Below are positions 16,776 through 24,000 of a stretch of 24,000 bases of DNA, piece by piece (position 1 is the stretch's first letter; every line of letters begins with the position of its first letter). A program made the translations under genes and the position numbers. The notes beneath the pieces were generated by a model. The model did no database searches, had not been told where the DNA came from, and was given only the letters and a program-made list of their open reading frames with translations. The stretch lies in NCBI RefSeq assembly GCF_029983095.1, contig NZ_CP120467.1, forward strand, positions 2,778,933 to 2,802,932, written 5' to 3'. This DNA is from Enterococcus montenegrensis (GTDB lineage: Bacteria > Bacillota > Bacilli > Lactobacillales > Enterococcaceae).

Positions 16776-18449
16776 TTATTCGGTTACATATGTCCATTTG
16801 TAATCCCATGAAGCGCCGGCAGCGTGATGAACGATACCTTTTACTTTCGGATTAATCATGTGACCTTCTGCTTTTTGGAAAACGCCGATAACTCCAGCAG
16901 TTGAGCTGATAATTTTATCTGCTTCTTGCAAATTAGCCCAACGTTTCATCGGATCACCTGCATTGGTCGTATTAGATTCTTTCACAACTTTATCGTATTC
17001 TTCATTTGACCATTGCCCACGGTTATATGAATTCCCTGTAACAAATAAATCTGTAAAGCTTGATGGGTCTGAGTAGTCAGCACCCCAACCACCTAATACC
17101 ATGTCGAATTCACCGTTATTTGAACGATCTAACCGAACAGAAAATGGTACTGGCGTTGGTTTAATTTTGATACCAGACAATGTTTCTTCGAGTGTGCTTT
17201 GCAAATATTCTAAAACTTTTTTAGTTCCGTCATCGTCAGAAGCGACAATATCAAAGGTAAAGCTATCTTTTCCTAAAGCTTTTTTAGCCTTTTCCCAGTG
17301 GTCTTTTGCCTTTTTCGCATCAAAGCTGACCAAATCGCCCGCCTCTTTGGTGAAATCTTCGTTGGTTTCTGGATTTTTAGACATATCCGATGGAATCAAA
17401 CCAGTAGAAGCAACCGAGCCATCGCCTAAAACAGAATTAACGATTGCATTGCGGTCAATTGCGTAAGAGATTGCCAAACGCAAATCTTCATTCATAAATG
17501 GTGAATCTTCTTTTCGTTGATTTAATTCTAGATAAGAAGTGCGGGCTTCTTTAACCGATTGGAAAGCTTCTTGATTGGCATTTTGTTGTGCCAATTCACC
17601 GGTTAAAATTGCATCGTCTGTTTGTCCGTCATTAAATAAGTTCAACCCTGTGGAGGATTCTTTCACTACGCTGACTTTGACAGCGTCTAATTTTACTGTA
17701 TCTTTATCCCAGTAAGTATCGTTTTTCTTGTATTCCCACTCTGTATCAGTACCAGGACCGTCAAATCCGGCTAAAACAAATGGACCGTTGTAAACAGAAT
17801 TTTCTGATTTTGTAGCAAATTTGTCGCCATTTTTTTCAACAACTTTTTGTGGTTGTGGGAAAAATGAAGGGAATGCGAATAAATAATCCATATAAGGCGT
17901 TGGACGCGTTAACGTAATTTCCAATTCGTAGTCGTTGACAGCCTTAATGCCTAACTCAGATTTATCTTTTTTGCCGGCAGTAATATCGGCTGCATTCACA
18001 ACGGGTTCATATAAATAAGCATATTCAGATGCGGTTTTGGCATCGACTGTTCGTTGCCATGCAAAGACATAATCAGAAGCCTTAACGGGTGTTCCGTCAG
18101 ACCATTTGGCATCTTCTCTTAATTTAATCGTATATTTCAAACCGTCTTCACTAACTTTGGCTTCTTCAGCGGCACCAGCTGGCACTGGCTTGCTATCTTT
18201 GTCCAAACGATAAATTCCTTCGTAGACATTGTTTAACGCAGTGAAACTAATGGTATCTGTCGCAAGTGATAAATCAGCACTCGGCATTTCTTGTAAGACA
18301 GAAACTCTAAATTCTTGTTTGTCCGCTTCTTTACCAGAACCGCCTGCAGCACTGCTGCCATCTGTTGTGCCACTACCGCTGCCACATGCTGATAACACAA
18401 CACCGCAGACAGCAATAACGCCAAATAATGATGTCTTCTTCATTTTCAT
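16776..18449 (-). CDS. oppA: Oligopeptide-binding lipoprotein OppA (paralog 1)
   Basis: 557 aa with signal peptide plus lipobox (VVLSAC) and a family 5 SBP fold signature (FTALNNVYEGIYRLD, WSDGTPV). Confidence 0.9.
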   Translation of the reverse strand: MKMKKTSLFGVIAVCGVVLSACGSGSGTTDGSSAAGGSGKEADKQEFRVSVLQEMPSADLSLATDTISFTALNNVYEGIYRLDKDSKPVPAGAAEEAKVSEDGLKYTIKLREDAKWSDGTPVKASDYVFAWQRTVDAKTASEYAYLYEPVVNAADITAGKKDKSELGIKAVNDYELEITLTRPTPYMDYLFAFPSFFPQPQKVVEKNGDKFATKSENSVYNGPFVLAGFDGPGTDTEWEYKKNDTYWDKDTVKLDAVKVSVVKESSTGLNLFNDGQTDDAILTGELAQQNANQEAFQSVKEARTSYLELNQRKEDSPFMNEDLRLAISYAIDRNAIVNSVLGDGSVASTGLIPSDMSKNPETNEDFTKEAGDLVSFDAKKAKDHWEKAKKALGKDSFTFDIVASDDDGTKKVLEYLQSTLEETLSGIKIKPTPVPFSVRLDRSNNGEFDMVLGGWGADYSDPSSFTDLFVTGNSYNRGQWSNEEYDKVVKESNTTNAGDPMKRWANLQEADKIISSTAGVIGVFQKAEGHMINPKVKGIVHHAAGASWDYKWTYVTE

Positions 18450-18474
18450 TCCCTTTACCCCTTGTCTTGTATTG

Positions 18475-18489
18475 AATTTTCAGAATATT
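18475..18489. promoter_or_regulatory. CodY box (14/15 match)
   Basis: AATTTTCAGAATATT versus consensus AATTTTCWGAAAATT. A weaker overlapping box follows (CATTTTCTGAAGTTA). It lies between the proximal promoter and the oppA RBS. Confidence 0.6.
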
Positions 18490-18513
18490 AAACATTTTCT
18501 GAAGTTAACGAAA

Positions 18514-18542
18514 ATTTTAATCAATAATTATTAAAAAAGCAA
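18514..18542 (-). promoter_or_regulatory. Proximal sigma-A promoter candidate for oppA paralog 1
   Basis: On the minus strand: TTGCTT (18542-18537), 17 nt, TAAAAT (18519-18514). Confidence 0.45.
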
Positions 18543-18573
18543 TACTTTATTCATTAAAAAACAAATATATATA

Positions 18574-18588
18574 AATTTTCTGATAATT
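18574..18588. promoter_or_regulatory. CodY box (14/15 match)
   Basis: AATTTTCTGATAATT versus AATTTTCWGAAAATT. Confidence 0.55.
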
Positions 18589-18649
18589 CAAAAAACAAGA
18601 CGTGAAATTTACGTGAAGAAAATTACTTACAATCAAATTCTTGAAAAGT

Positions 18650-18677
18650 ATTATAAAAACAGGTTTTCCTATTCAAA
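18650..18677 (-). promoter_or_regulatory. Distal promoter candidate for oppA paralog 1 (perfect -10)
   Basis: On the minus strand: TATAAT (18655-18650), with TTGAAT or TTTGAA 15-16 nt upstream. Confidence 0.35.
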
Positions 18678-18775
18678 AAGCGGAAATAATTCTTCAAAAT
18701 AATTCAGTAAAATAATTATTTGTGAAATATTTTGACGAATTCAAAAACCAACAAAAACTGTCAAAAATAACTAAA

Positions 18776-19999
18776 TTATTTTGCCTCACCGGCTACTTTA
18801 ACGATTTCAACGATGGTATCGCGGGCTTTTTCCATTGCTTCAAGGGTGATAAATTCATATGGTCCGTGAAAGTTTTCGCCTCCGGTAAATAAATTTGGGG
18901 TAGCAATTCCTTTATACGAAATTTTCGATCCGTCAGTACCACCACGAAATGGGGTGACAATCGGTTTTATCCCTAAATTTTTCAGCGCTAAAAGTGCATA
19001 GTCTACCGCCCGGGGTTCTTTATCTACGATTTCTTTCATATTGTAATATTGATCAAACAGGCGATACGTAATGCGCGGATAGGTGAAGGTGGCATTCAAG
19101 GCGTCAATAATCGCTACGATTTGGTTTTTTCTGGCTATAAATTTGGCTTGATCATGATCCCGGATAATGTAATCCAACTGCGCTAAAGAAATATCCCCGC
19201 TAAATTTATTCAATAAATAAAAACCTTCATAATCTTGCGTTAATTCCGGTACTTCTGCTTGAGGGAGGCGACTGTCAATGGTCTCCCCAATCTTTATGGC
19301 GTTCACCAATTGCCCATACGCCGTACCAGGATGGACACTGGTCCCTTCAATTGTGATCTCAATTTTGGCAGCATTAAACGTTTCATATTCAAAATGCCCA
19401 ACACGACCACTGTCAAGTGTATAGGCAAAATCCACCGGAAAATCTGCAACCTCAAAATTATCTGCCCCACGACCAATTTCTTCATCTGGCCCAAAAGCGA
19501 CCCAAACATCCCCACGCTTTTCTTTTGGAACTTCTTTTAAGTTTCGCAACGCGGCCATAATTTCAGCAATCCCGGCTTTATCATCGGCACCTAAAAGAGT
19601 CGTCCCATCTGTCGTAATTAGCGTTTGGCCTACATAGTCTTTTAAATTGGGAAACTGGCTAGGAGACAAAACAATATTTTGAGCTGCATTTAAAACCACC
19701 TCATTGCCATCGTAATTGTAATGAACTTGCGCTTGAATATTTTCTGCATTAAAATCCGCCGTATCCACATGGGCAATAAAACCAATTGCAGGTTTTGCGG
19801 CATTTCCTTTTAAAGCCCCAATCACAAAGCTATTTTTCTCAAAATAAGCAACATTACTTAATCCCAATTGTTCCAGCTGCTCTTTTAATTGCAGCGCCAG
19901 ATCAATTTGACCTTGCGTAGTGGGAATGAAGGTGGATTTTTCATCTGAGCGGGTATTCACTTTGACATAACTTAAAAAATCTTCCAATAATTGACGCAT
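18776..19999 (-). CDS. pepT: Peptidase T (tripeptide aminopeptidase, M20B)
   Basis: 407 aa. IGFIAHVDTA, TTDGTTLLGADDKAGIAEIM and FGPDEEIG are M20/PepT metal-ligand motifs. It starts 11 nt after oppA paralog 2. Confidence 0.9.
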   Translation of the reverse strand: MRQLLEDFLSYVKVNTRSDEKSTFIPTTQGQIDLALQLKEQLEQLGLSNVAYFEKNSFVIGALKGNAAKPAIGFIAHVDTADFNAENIQAQVHYNYDGNEVVLNAAQNIVLSPSQFPNLKDYVGQTLITTDGTTLLGADDKAGIAEIMAALRNLKEVPKEKRGDVWVAFGPDEEIGRGADNFEVADFPVDFAYTLDSGRVGHFEYETFNAAKIEITIEGTSVHPGTAYGQLVNAIKIGETIDSRLPQAEVPELTQDYEGFYLLNKFSGDISLAQLDYIIRDHDQAKFIARKNQIVAIIDALNATFTYPRITYRLFDQYYNMKEIVDKEPRAVDYALLALKNLGIKPIVTPFRGGTDGSKISYKGIATPNLFTGGENFHGPYEFITLEAMEKARDTIVEIVKVAGEAK

Positions 20000-20010
20000 A
20001 CTTTCTCTCC

Positions 20011-21660
20011 TTACTTCACAGATGCTGTCCGTAAATTGAAATAATCACCATAGGCGTGAAAAACGATACCTTTTACTTTTTCATTGATTAAATAATTTGA
20101 AGCACTTTGATATAGCGGTACTTGCGCTGCATCATCTGCGAGCAATACTTTTTCTGCTTCTTGGTAATCTTTAAAAAATGCGTTAGGATCATTCGCATCT
20201 GTAGTGCGGGCTTTTTCGACTAAATCTGTGTAGGTTTTGTTAGCATACCCGCCGTAATTGTAAGAAGAACCCGTCTTATATAAATTGAAATAGGAATCCA
20301 GTTCACTAGAACCGGCAATCCAACCAGAAACCGACAATTCGTAATTTCCATCGGTACGGGATTGGTTCAAATTCACTTTTGGTTGTTTGTTAATAACAAT
20401 TTTCAAGCCGGACAATGTTTCTTGTAACTGGCTTTGCAAATACTCACCAACTTTTTCACCGTTATCATCATCGGTTACCAATAATTTCAACGTTAAGCTA
20501 TCGCCAATGACCGCTTTGGCTTTGGACCATTCACTTTTAGCTGCTTTTACATCATAGGTGTTGTAGTCGCCGCTAAATTTGCGGAAATCTTCTTTTGTTT
20601 GAGGATTTTTATAAAGACCCGTTGGAATCAAGCCATTTAAAGGGGTGGCGCCATCATTTAAAACATTTTTTGCCAGCTGTTCTTTATTAATTGCTTGGGC
20701 AATTGCTTTACGAACATGTACATTTCCTAAGGCTTTGTTGGCTTTTTTGTTAAAATCTAAAAATTGATTGGCCACATCTTTTTCTGTCACTAACCGTGGA
20801 TCATTTTTGAATTGTTCCACATATTGACCACTAATGCGCTGTAAATCCAATTCTCCACTGTCCACTAACTGAATCCCGGTATTTTCTTCCTTGATCGTAG
20901 AACCGTGAACCTCTGACAATTTGACAGCTTTTTTATCGTAATAATCATCATTTTTCACCAAGGTCCACTCATCTCCGGTCTGTTTCCAATCTTTTAATGC
21001 AAAAGGTCCCGTATACAAAAGATCCTCACTGGTGCGGCCATACTCATCTTTTTTGTCGGTGACAAATTTTTCATTTTGCGGTGCCAACCAACCAATGGAA
21101 ACCACAGATAAAAATGACGGCTGGGCTTGTGTTAGTTTCACTTCAAAAGTCTTTTCATCCGGTGCAGCTAAACCAATTTCATCAATTGCTTTTTTACCTT
21201 CACGAATTGCTTGACTGTTCACCACATTATCCAGTAAATACGCATTTGGCCCCATTGTTTTCGGATTTACTAGTCGTTTCCAGGCAAAAAGAAAATCATT
21301 GGCGGTTACTTTTTCCCCATTACTCCACTTCGCGTCTTCTCTTAAAGTGAAGGTATATGTTTTTCCATCTGGGCTAATGTCAACTTTTTCTGCTAAAGCA
21401 GGCACTGGTTGACTCTTATCATCAAAACGATATAGCCCTTCAAACAAATGCTGTACCACAGTAAATGTGATTTTATCGGTTGTTTGCGTTGTATCTAACG
21501 TACTTAACGGCGCCGGTAAACTGACACTGATTTCTTGTTTTATTGCTTGTTTTGCTGTTGAACTAGCACTTTCCTTAGCTGCCCCGCCAGTTTTACACCC
21601 GGCTAACGTCACCGCAGCCAAAATTCCTGTTACCACCAAAATACTCTTTTTCACTTTCAT
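20011..21660 (-). CDS. oppA: Oligopeptide-binding lipoprotein OppA (paralog 2)
   Basis: 549 aa with lipobox LAGC and family 5 SBP motifs (FTVVQHLFEGLYRFD, WSNGEKVTANDF). Confidence 0.9.
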   Translation of the reverse strand: MKVKKSILVVTGILAAVTLAGCKTGGAAKESASSTAKQAIKQEISVSLPAPLSTLDTTQTTDKITFTVVQHLFEGLYRFDDKSQPVPALAEKVDISPDGKTYTFTLREDAKWSNGEKVTANDFLFAWKRLVNPKTMGPNAYLLDNVVNSQAIREGKKAIDEIGLAAPDEKTFEVKLTQAQPSFLSVVSIGWLAPQNEKFVTDKKDEYGRTSEDLLYTGPFALKDWKQTGDEWTLVKNDDYYDKKAVKLSEVHGSTIKEENTGIQLVDSGELDLQRISGQYVEQFKNDPRLVTEKDVANQFLDFNKKANKALGNVHVRKAIAQAINKEQLAKNVLNDGATPLNGLIPTGLYKNPQTKEDFRKFSGDYNTYDVKAAKSEWSKAKAVIGDSLTLKLLVTDDDNGEKVGEYLQSQLQETLSGLKIVINKQPKVNLNQSRTDGNYELSVSGWIAGSSELDSYFNLYKTGSSYNYGGYANKTYTDLVEKARTTDANDPNAFFKDYQEAEKVLLADDAAQVPLYQSASNYLINEKVKGIVFHAYGDYFNLRTASVK

Positions 21661-21688
21661 TTTTCCAACTCCTCCAAATTGATCTAAA

Positions 21689-21716
21689 TCTATAAATCGT
21701 CAAAAAATTCCGTCAA
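21689..21716 (-). promoter_or_regulatory. Promoter candidate for oppA2-pepT
   Basis: On the minus strand: TTGACG (21716-21711), 16 nt, TATAGA (21694-21689). It lies directly downstream of the upstream terminator. Confidence 0.35.
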
Positions 21717-21741
21717 ATCGTGATGAGCTCTTATCAAAAGC

Positions 21742-21791
21742 AAAAAAAAAATCTCCATCCCTTTGTTTGTCAAACTATGACAAACAAAGGG
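21742..21791 (-). terminator. Rho-independent terminator after the PTS remnant
   Basis: On the minus strand: CCCTTTGTTTGTCA-TAGTT-TGACAAACAAAGGG, then ATGGAGATTTTTTTTTT. Confidence 0.85.
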
Positions 21792-21820
21792 ACGAAGACT
21801 TTTCGCGTTACCACCCTTAT

Positions 21821-22531
21821 TCATATTATCCTCACAAATAATATCTCAACGGTACCTGTTGATACCCGGCATTGATAACGATTGCTTTTCCGTCCAAATA
21901 GCGTAAACCATTTGAAATACTCAGAGCTCATCTTCACTAAATCGCGCAATGTCCTTTCCCACCAACCGGACTCTCTTGGATCACTCTTTTTAAGAAGAGG
22001 TACTACAGACTCAAATGTTGCAGCAACCATTTCTGGTAAACCCTTTATTCTAATACTTAAATTTTTCACAATAAATAGTTTTAAGACCTCTACTACAGCA
22101 AGAGATGAAATAATCGCAACAAAAAGACCTCTGGAGTCTAAAAATTGGCTATCTAAAACACCATCTATAAATCTTGTATTTAAAACCAACGTGGTAAGTA
22201 CTGCTCCTACTATGCTGTGCAAAATAGGTGCTCCAATTTGTTTTGCATGATTGTAAGAAATCGTTATAGCGGCATAAATTGACAAAAGACCAAAGGTAAA
22301 CTGAAATGGTAAAGAAAGTAATTCTTGATTCTCCACAAAAAAATTCTTAATAATCGTTCCATCCGGAAACAAATTGCCTAGTGAGGTTATAATTAACGTA
22401 AACGAACCAATGATTAATACAGCAATGAGTGATACCATGCCATTTTTTATTGAGGCAATAAATTTCTGCTTTTCAATTTTTGCAGCAATTGGAGAAAACC
22501 TCGTCTCCATAAACTCCATAAATGTATTCAT
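21821..22531 (-). pseudogene. PTS cellobiose/lactose-family EIIC, truncated (about 180 of ~430-450 aa recognisable)
   Basis: AAGGAGG lies 8 nt upstream of ATG 22531. The N-terminus MNTFMEFMETRFSPIAAKIEKQKFIASIKNGMVSLIAVLIIGSF is typical of EIIC(cel). Membrane character ends after ...ATFESVVPLL (about 21991). A hydrophilic, unrelated 56-aa tail and a stop follow. Confidence 0.7.
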
Positions 22532-22547
22532 CTGTGCTTCCTCCTTT

Positions 22548-22898
22548 TTAAATTGTCTCTTTTTGCGCATTCAGGCTCAGAAGAATTGCAGCCTTTAAAA
22601 TATTCCCTCCATCGATGCGACCATAGTCCTTAGAATCAATTACAGCAATAGGTTTATTATATTGATTCGCAAGCTTTGTTAACTCTGCTAACTGATGTTT
22701 GATCTGAGGACCAAGCATAACTACATCAAAGTATTCTATAAATTCTCTTAATTCTCCTGCAGGATGTGCCTCAATTTTTACGTCTGTTGTTTGCAATGCT
22801 TTAGAAGAGGCTGCAACTTCTCGCATTTTTGTCACCATAATTCCAGTTGAATATCCAAGATTGCAAACTAAAAGTACATGTAATTTTTCTAATTTCAT
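22548..22898 (-). CDS. PTS cellobiose-type EIIB
   Basis: The active-site region KLHVLLVCNLGYSTGIMVTKM is the PTS_IIB(cel) Cys-loop. GGAGGAG lies upstream of the tandem ATGs. Confidence 0.8.
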   Translation of the reverse strand: MKLEKLHVLLVCNLGYSTGIMVTKMREVAASSKALQTTDVKIEAHPAGELREFIEYFDVVMLGPQIKHQLAELTKLANQYNKPIAVIDSKDYGRIDGGNILKAAILLSLNAQKETI

Positions 22899-23265
22899 CA
22901 TTACTCCTCCATTTCATAAATAAATGTCTTTTTTCTAAATATTTGATTTCCTCTTCTAATTCTTTAATTTTTAAATTCATCTTTGATAATTGTTTTATAA
23001 ACGTCTCTGCTAAAATTGTATTCATTAAAGTATCTTGTGCATGAATCAACAAAACATTAACATCTACTTCTCCACCCTGGGCTTCTGTTACCAATAACTT
23101 TGTCTGCTCATTATGTGCCTCATTCATCAACTGTGTAGCCTCTGACATGAGATTGGAATACTCTTCTTGATCTCCATTTAAAGAAGCTTCATTTGCCTCC
23201 AGTAACTTACTCATTGCATCTCCTGCTAAAGAAATTAAACTAAAAGAAATCTCTTCTGACTTCAT
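22801..23265 (-). CDS. PTS lactose/cellobiose-type EIIA with an abnormal C-terminal extension overlapping EIIB
   Basis: ISLAGDAMSKLLEA ... AHNEQTKLL ... LLIHAQDTLMN (HAQD phospho-His motif). The ORF is 154 aa against about 105-116 expected, and it reads 101 nt into the EIIB gene. Confidence 0.7.
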   Translation of the reverse strand: MKSEEISFSLISLAGDAMSKLLEANEASLNGDQEEYSNLMSEATQLMNEAHNEQTKLLVTEAQGGEVDVNVLLIHAQDTLMNTILAETFIKQLSKMNLKIKELEEEIKYLEKRHLFMKWRSNDEIRKITCTFSLQSWIFNWNYGDKNARSCSLF

Positions 23266-23278
23266 TTTTCTCTCACCT

Positions 23279-24000
23279 TTATCCTAAAAAATTTATTTTT
23301 AAAAATTGATATAATTCTTCTCTGGAATCAATTGTTCTCAATTCAGCAATTTTTTGTTTATCTTTTGAAAAGCTCAAAGTGTTCTCTAATACTAAATTTG
23401 TCTCAATATCCTTAAATGCTAAAGTCAAAATAATATCTACTGGTTCTTCTTGATCTGGAATAAATTTGATTCCCTTTTGAAATTTTGTTAGTGAAATTGC
23501 ATTAAAATTACATCCATCTTCTGGCCCCGCATGTGCGAAAAATATTCCCGGTGCCACAATCATATAAGGACCAAATTCTCTGGTATTTAATTTAATTTTT
23601 TCACGATACTGTTTTGTAATTGCATTAATTTCCATAAGATGTTCAGTAGCTTTATCTATAGCAACTTCCCATGTTTTAGCCTCTGGAAGTAATTGTATTG
23701 ACTCTTTACTAAAATCTACATTTACAGTCTCTGTAAATCTTGTTTTCACTTTTTTTGTCAGAATATCAATAATCTCAAATTCAAGTTGTGACCAATCTTT
23801 AACTATACAGTTTCTTGAAATAGCGTTCATCACTTCTCCAAAATACTTGATGCTGTCTTTATCTTTTTTAAACTTCCAAGGCAAGTATTCCGAGATATTC
23901 TTCAAATCAGCCTGATTAAGCTCTGGAGATACCTGAATCACATTATGATTCTTATATATATCAGATAATCCTACGGTAGTAATAACAAAATCATATTCAG
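23279..24000 (-). CDS. BglG/LicR-family PRD transcriptional regulator, C-terminal part (PTS EIIB-like plus EIIA(Mtl/Fru)-like domains); the 5' end lies beyond the window
   Basis: The frame stays open from 23941 to 24000 (EYDFVITTVGLSDIYKNHNVIQVSPEL, an EIIB-like segment). The C-terminal segment GPYMIVAPGIFFAHAGPEDG ... PVDIILTLAFKD is the PTS_EIIA_2 pattern. Confidence 0.7.
   Translation of the reverse strand, partial: EYDFVITTVGLSDIYKNHNVIQVSPELNQADLKNISEYLPWKFKKDKDSIKYFGEVMNAISRNCIVKDWSQLEFEIIDILTKKVKTRFTETVNVDFSKESIQLLPEAKTWEVAIDKATEHLMEINAITKQYREKIKLNTREFGPYMIVAPGIFFAHAGPEDGCNFNAISLTKFQKGIKFIPDQEEPVDIILTLAFKDIETNLVLENTLSFSKDKQKIAELRTIDSREELYQFLKINFLG

Noticed and set aside
18523-18536. 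TTTAA-TAATTAT in the proximal oppA promoter spacer as the target of the putative guide TAATTATGATAAACC
   Set aside because: Only 7 contiguous nt match. TAATTAT occurs several times in this AT-rich region, so it is not distinguishable from chance. It is kept only as a note under the alternative-guide finding.
21904-21912. 9-nt match (TAAACCATT) between the putative guide region and the EIIC tail
   Set aside because: A 9-mer match somewhere in a 24-kb window is expected by chance, and there is no promoter context.

Overview
Low-GC Firmicute chromosome, Enterococcus-like (gene content, codon style, EFAR-like palindromic repeats). Almost everything is on the minus strand. (1) 1-7570: a beta-glucan uptake and catabolism operon with an ABC solute-binding protein, two permeases, a GH3 beta-glucosidase and a large GH94 phosphorylase that runs off the window. 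It resembles the Listeria 1,2-beta-oligoglucan (sophorose) cluster and is divergent from a GH13 alpha-glucosidase (7828-9447). (2) 9752-9997: a GlsB/YeaQ/YmgE stress protein. (3) 10204-11616, the most interesting locus: a 361-aa TnpB-like ORF sits just downstream of oppF. It keeps the TnpB N-terminal architecture but carries substitutions at RuvC-I and RuvC-II and lacks the zinc-finger/RuvC-III C-terminus. No tnpA is present. About 260 nt of structured, non-coding, terminator-bounded sequence follows it. This fits a TldR-type (TnpB-like nuclease-dead repressor) RNA-guided transcription factor with its guide RNA, attached to an oligopeptide permease locus. (4) 11914-21660: oppBCDF bracketed by palindromic repeats, a small membrane protein, oppA paralog 1 with CodY boxes, pepT and oppA paralog 2. 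(5) 21821-24000: a decaying cellobiose-type PTS locus with a LicR-like regulator (partial), EIIA, EIIB and a truncated EIIC. I could not fix the guide sequence. Two candidate guide positions are given with explicit tests. All family calls rest on motifs read by eye; no database search was run.
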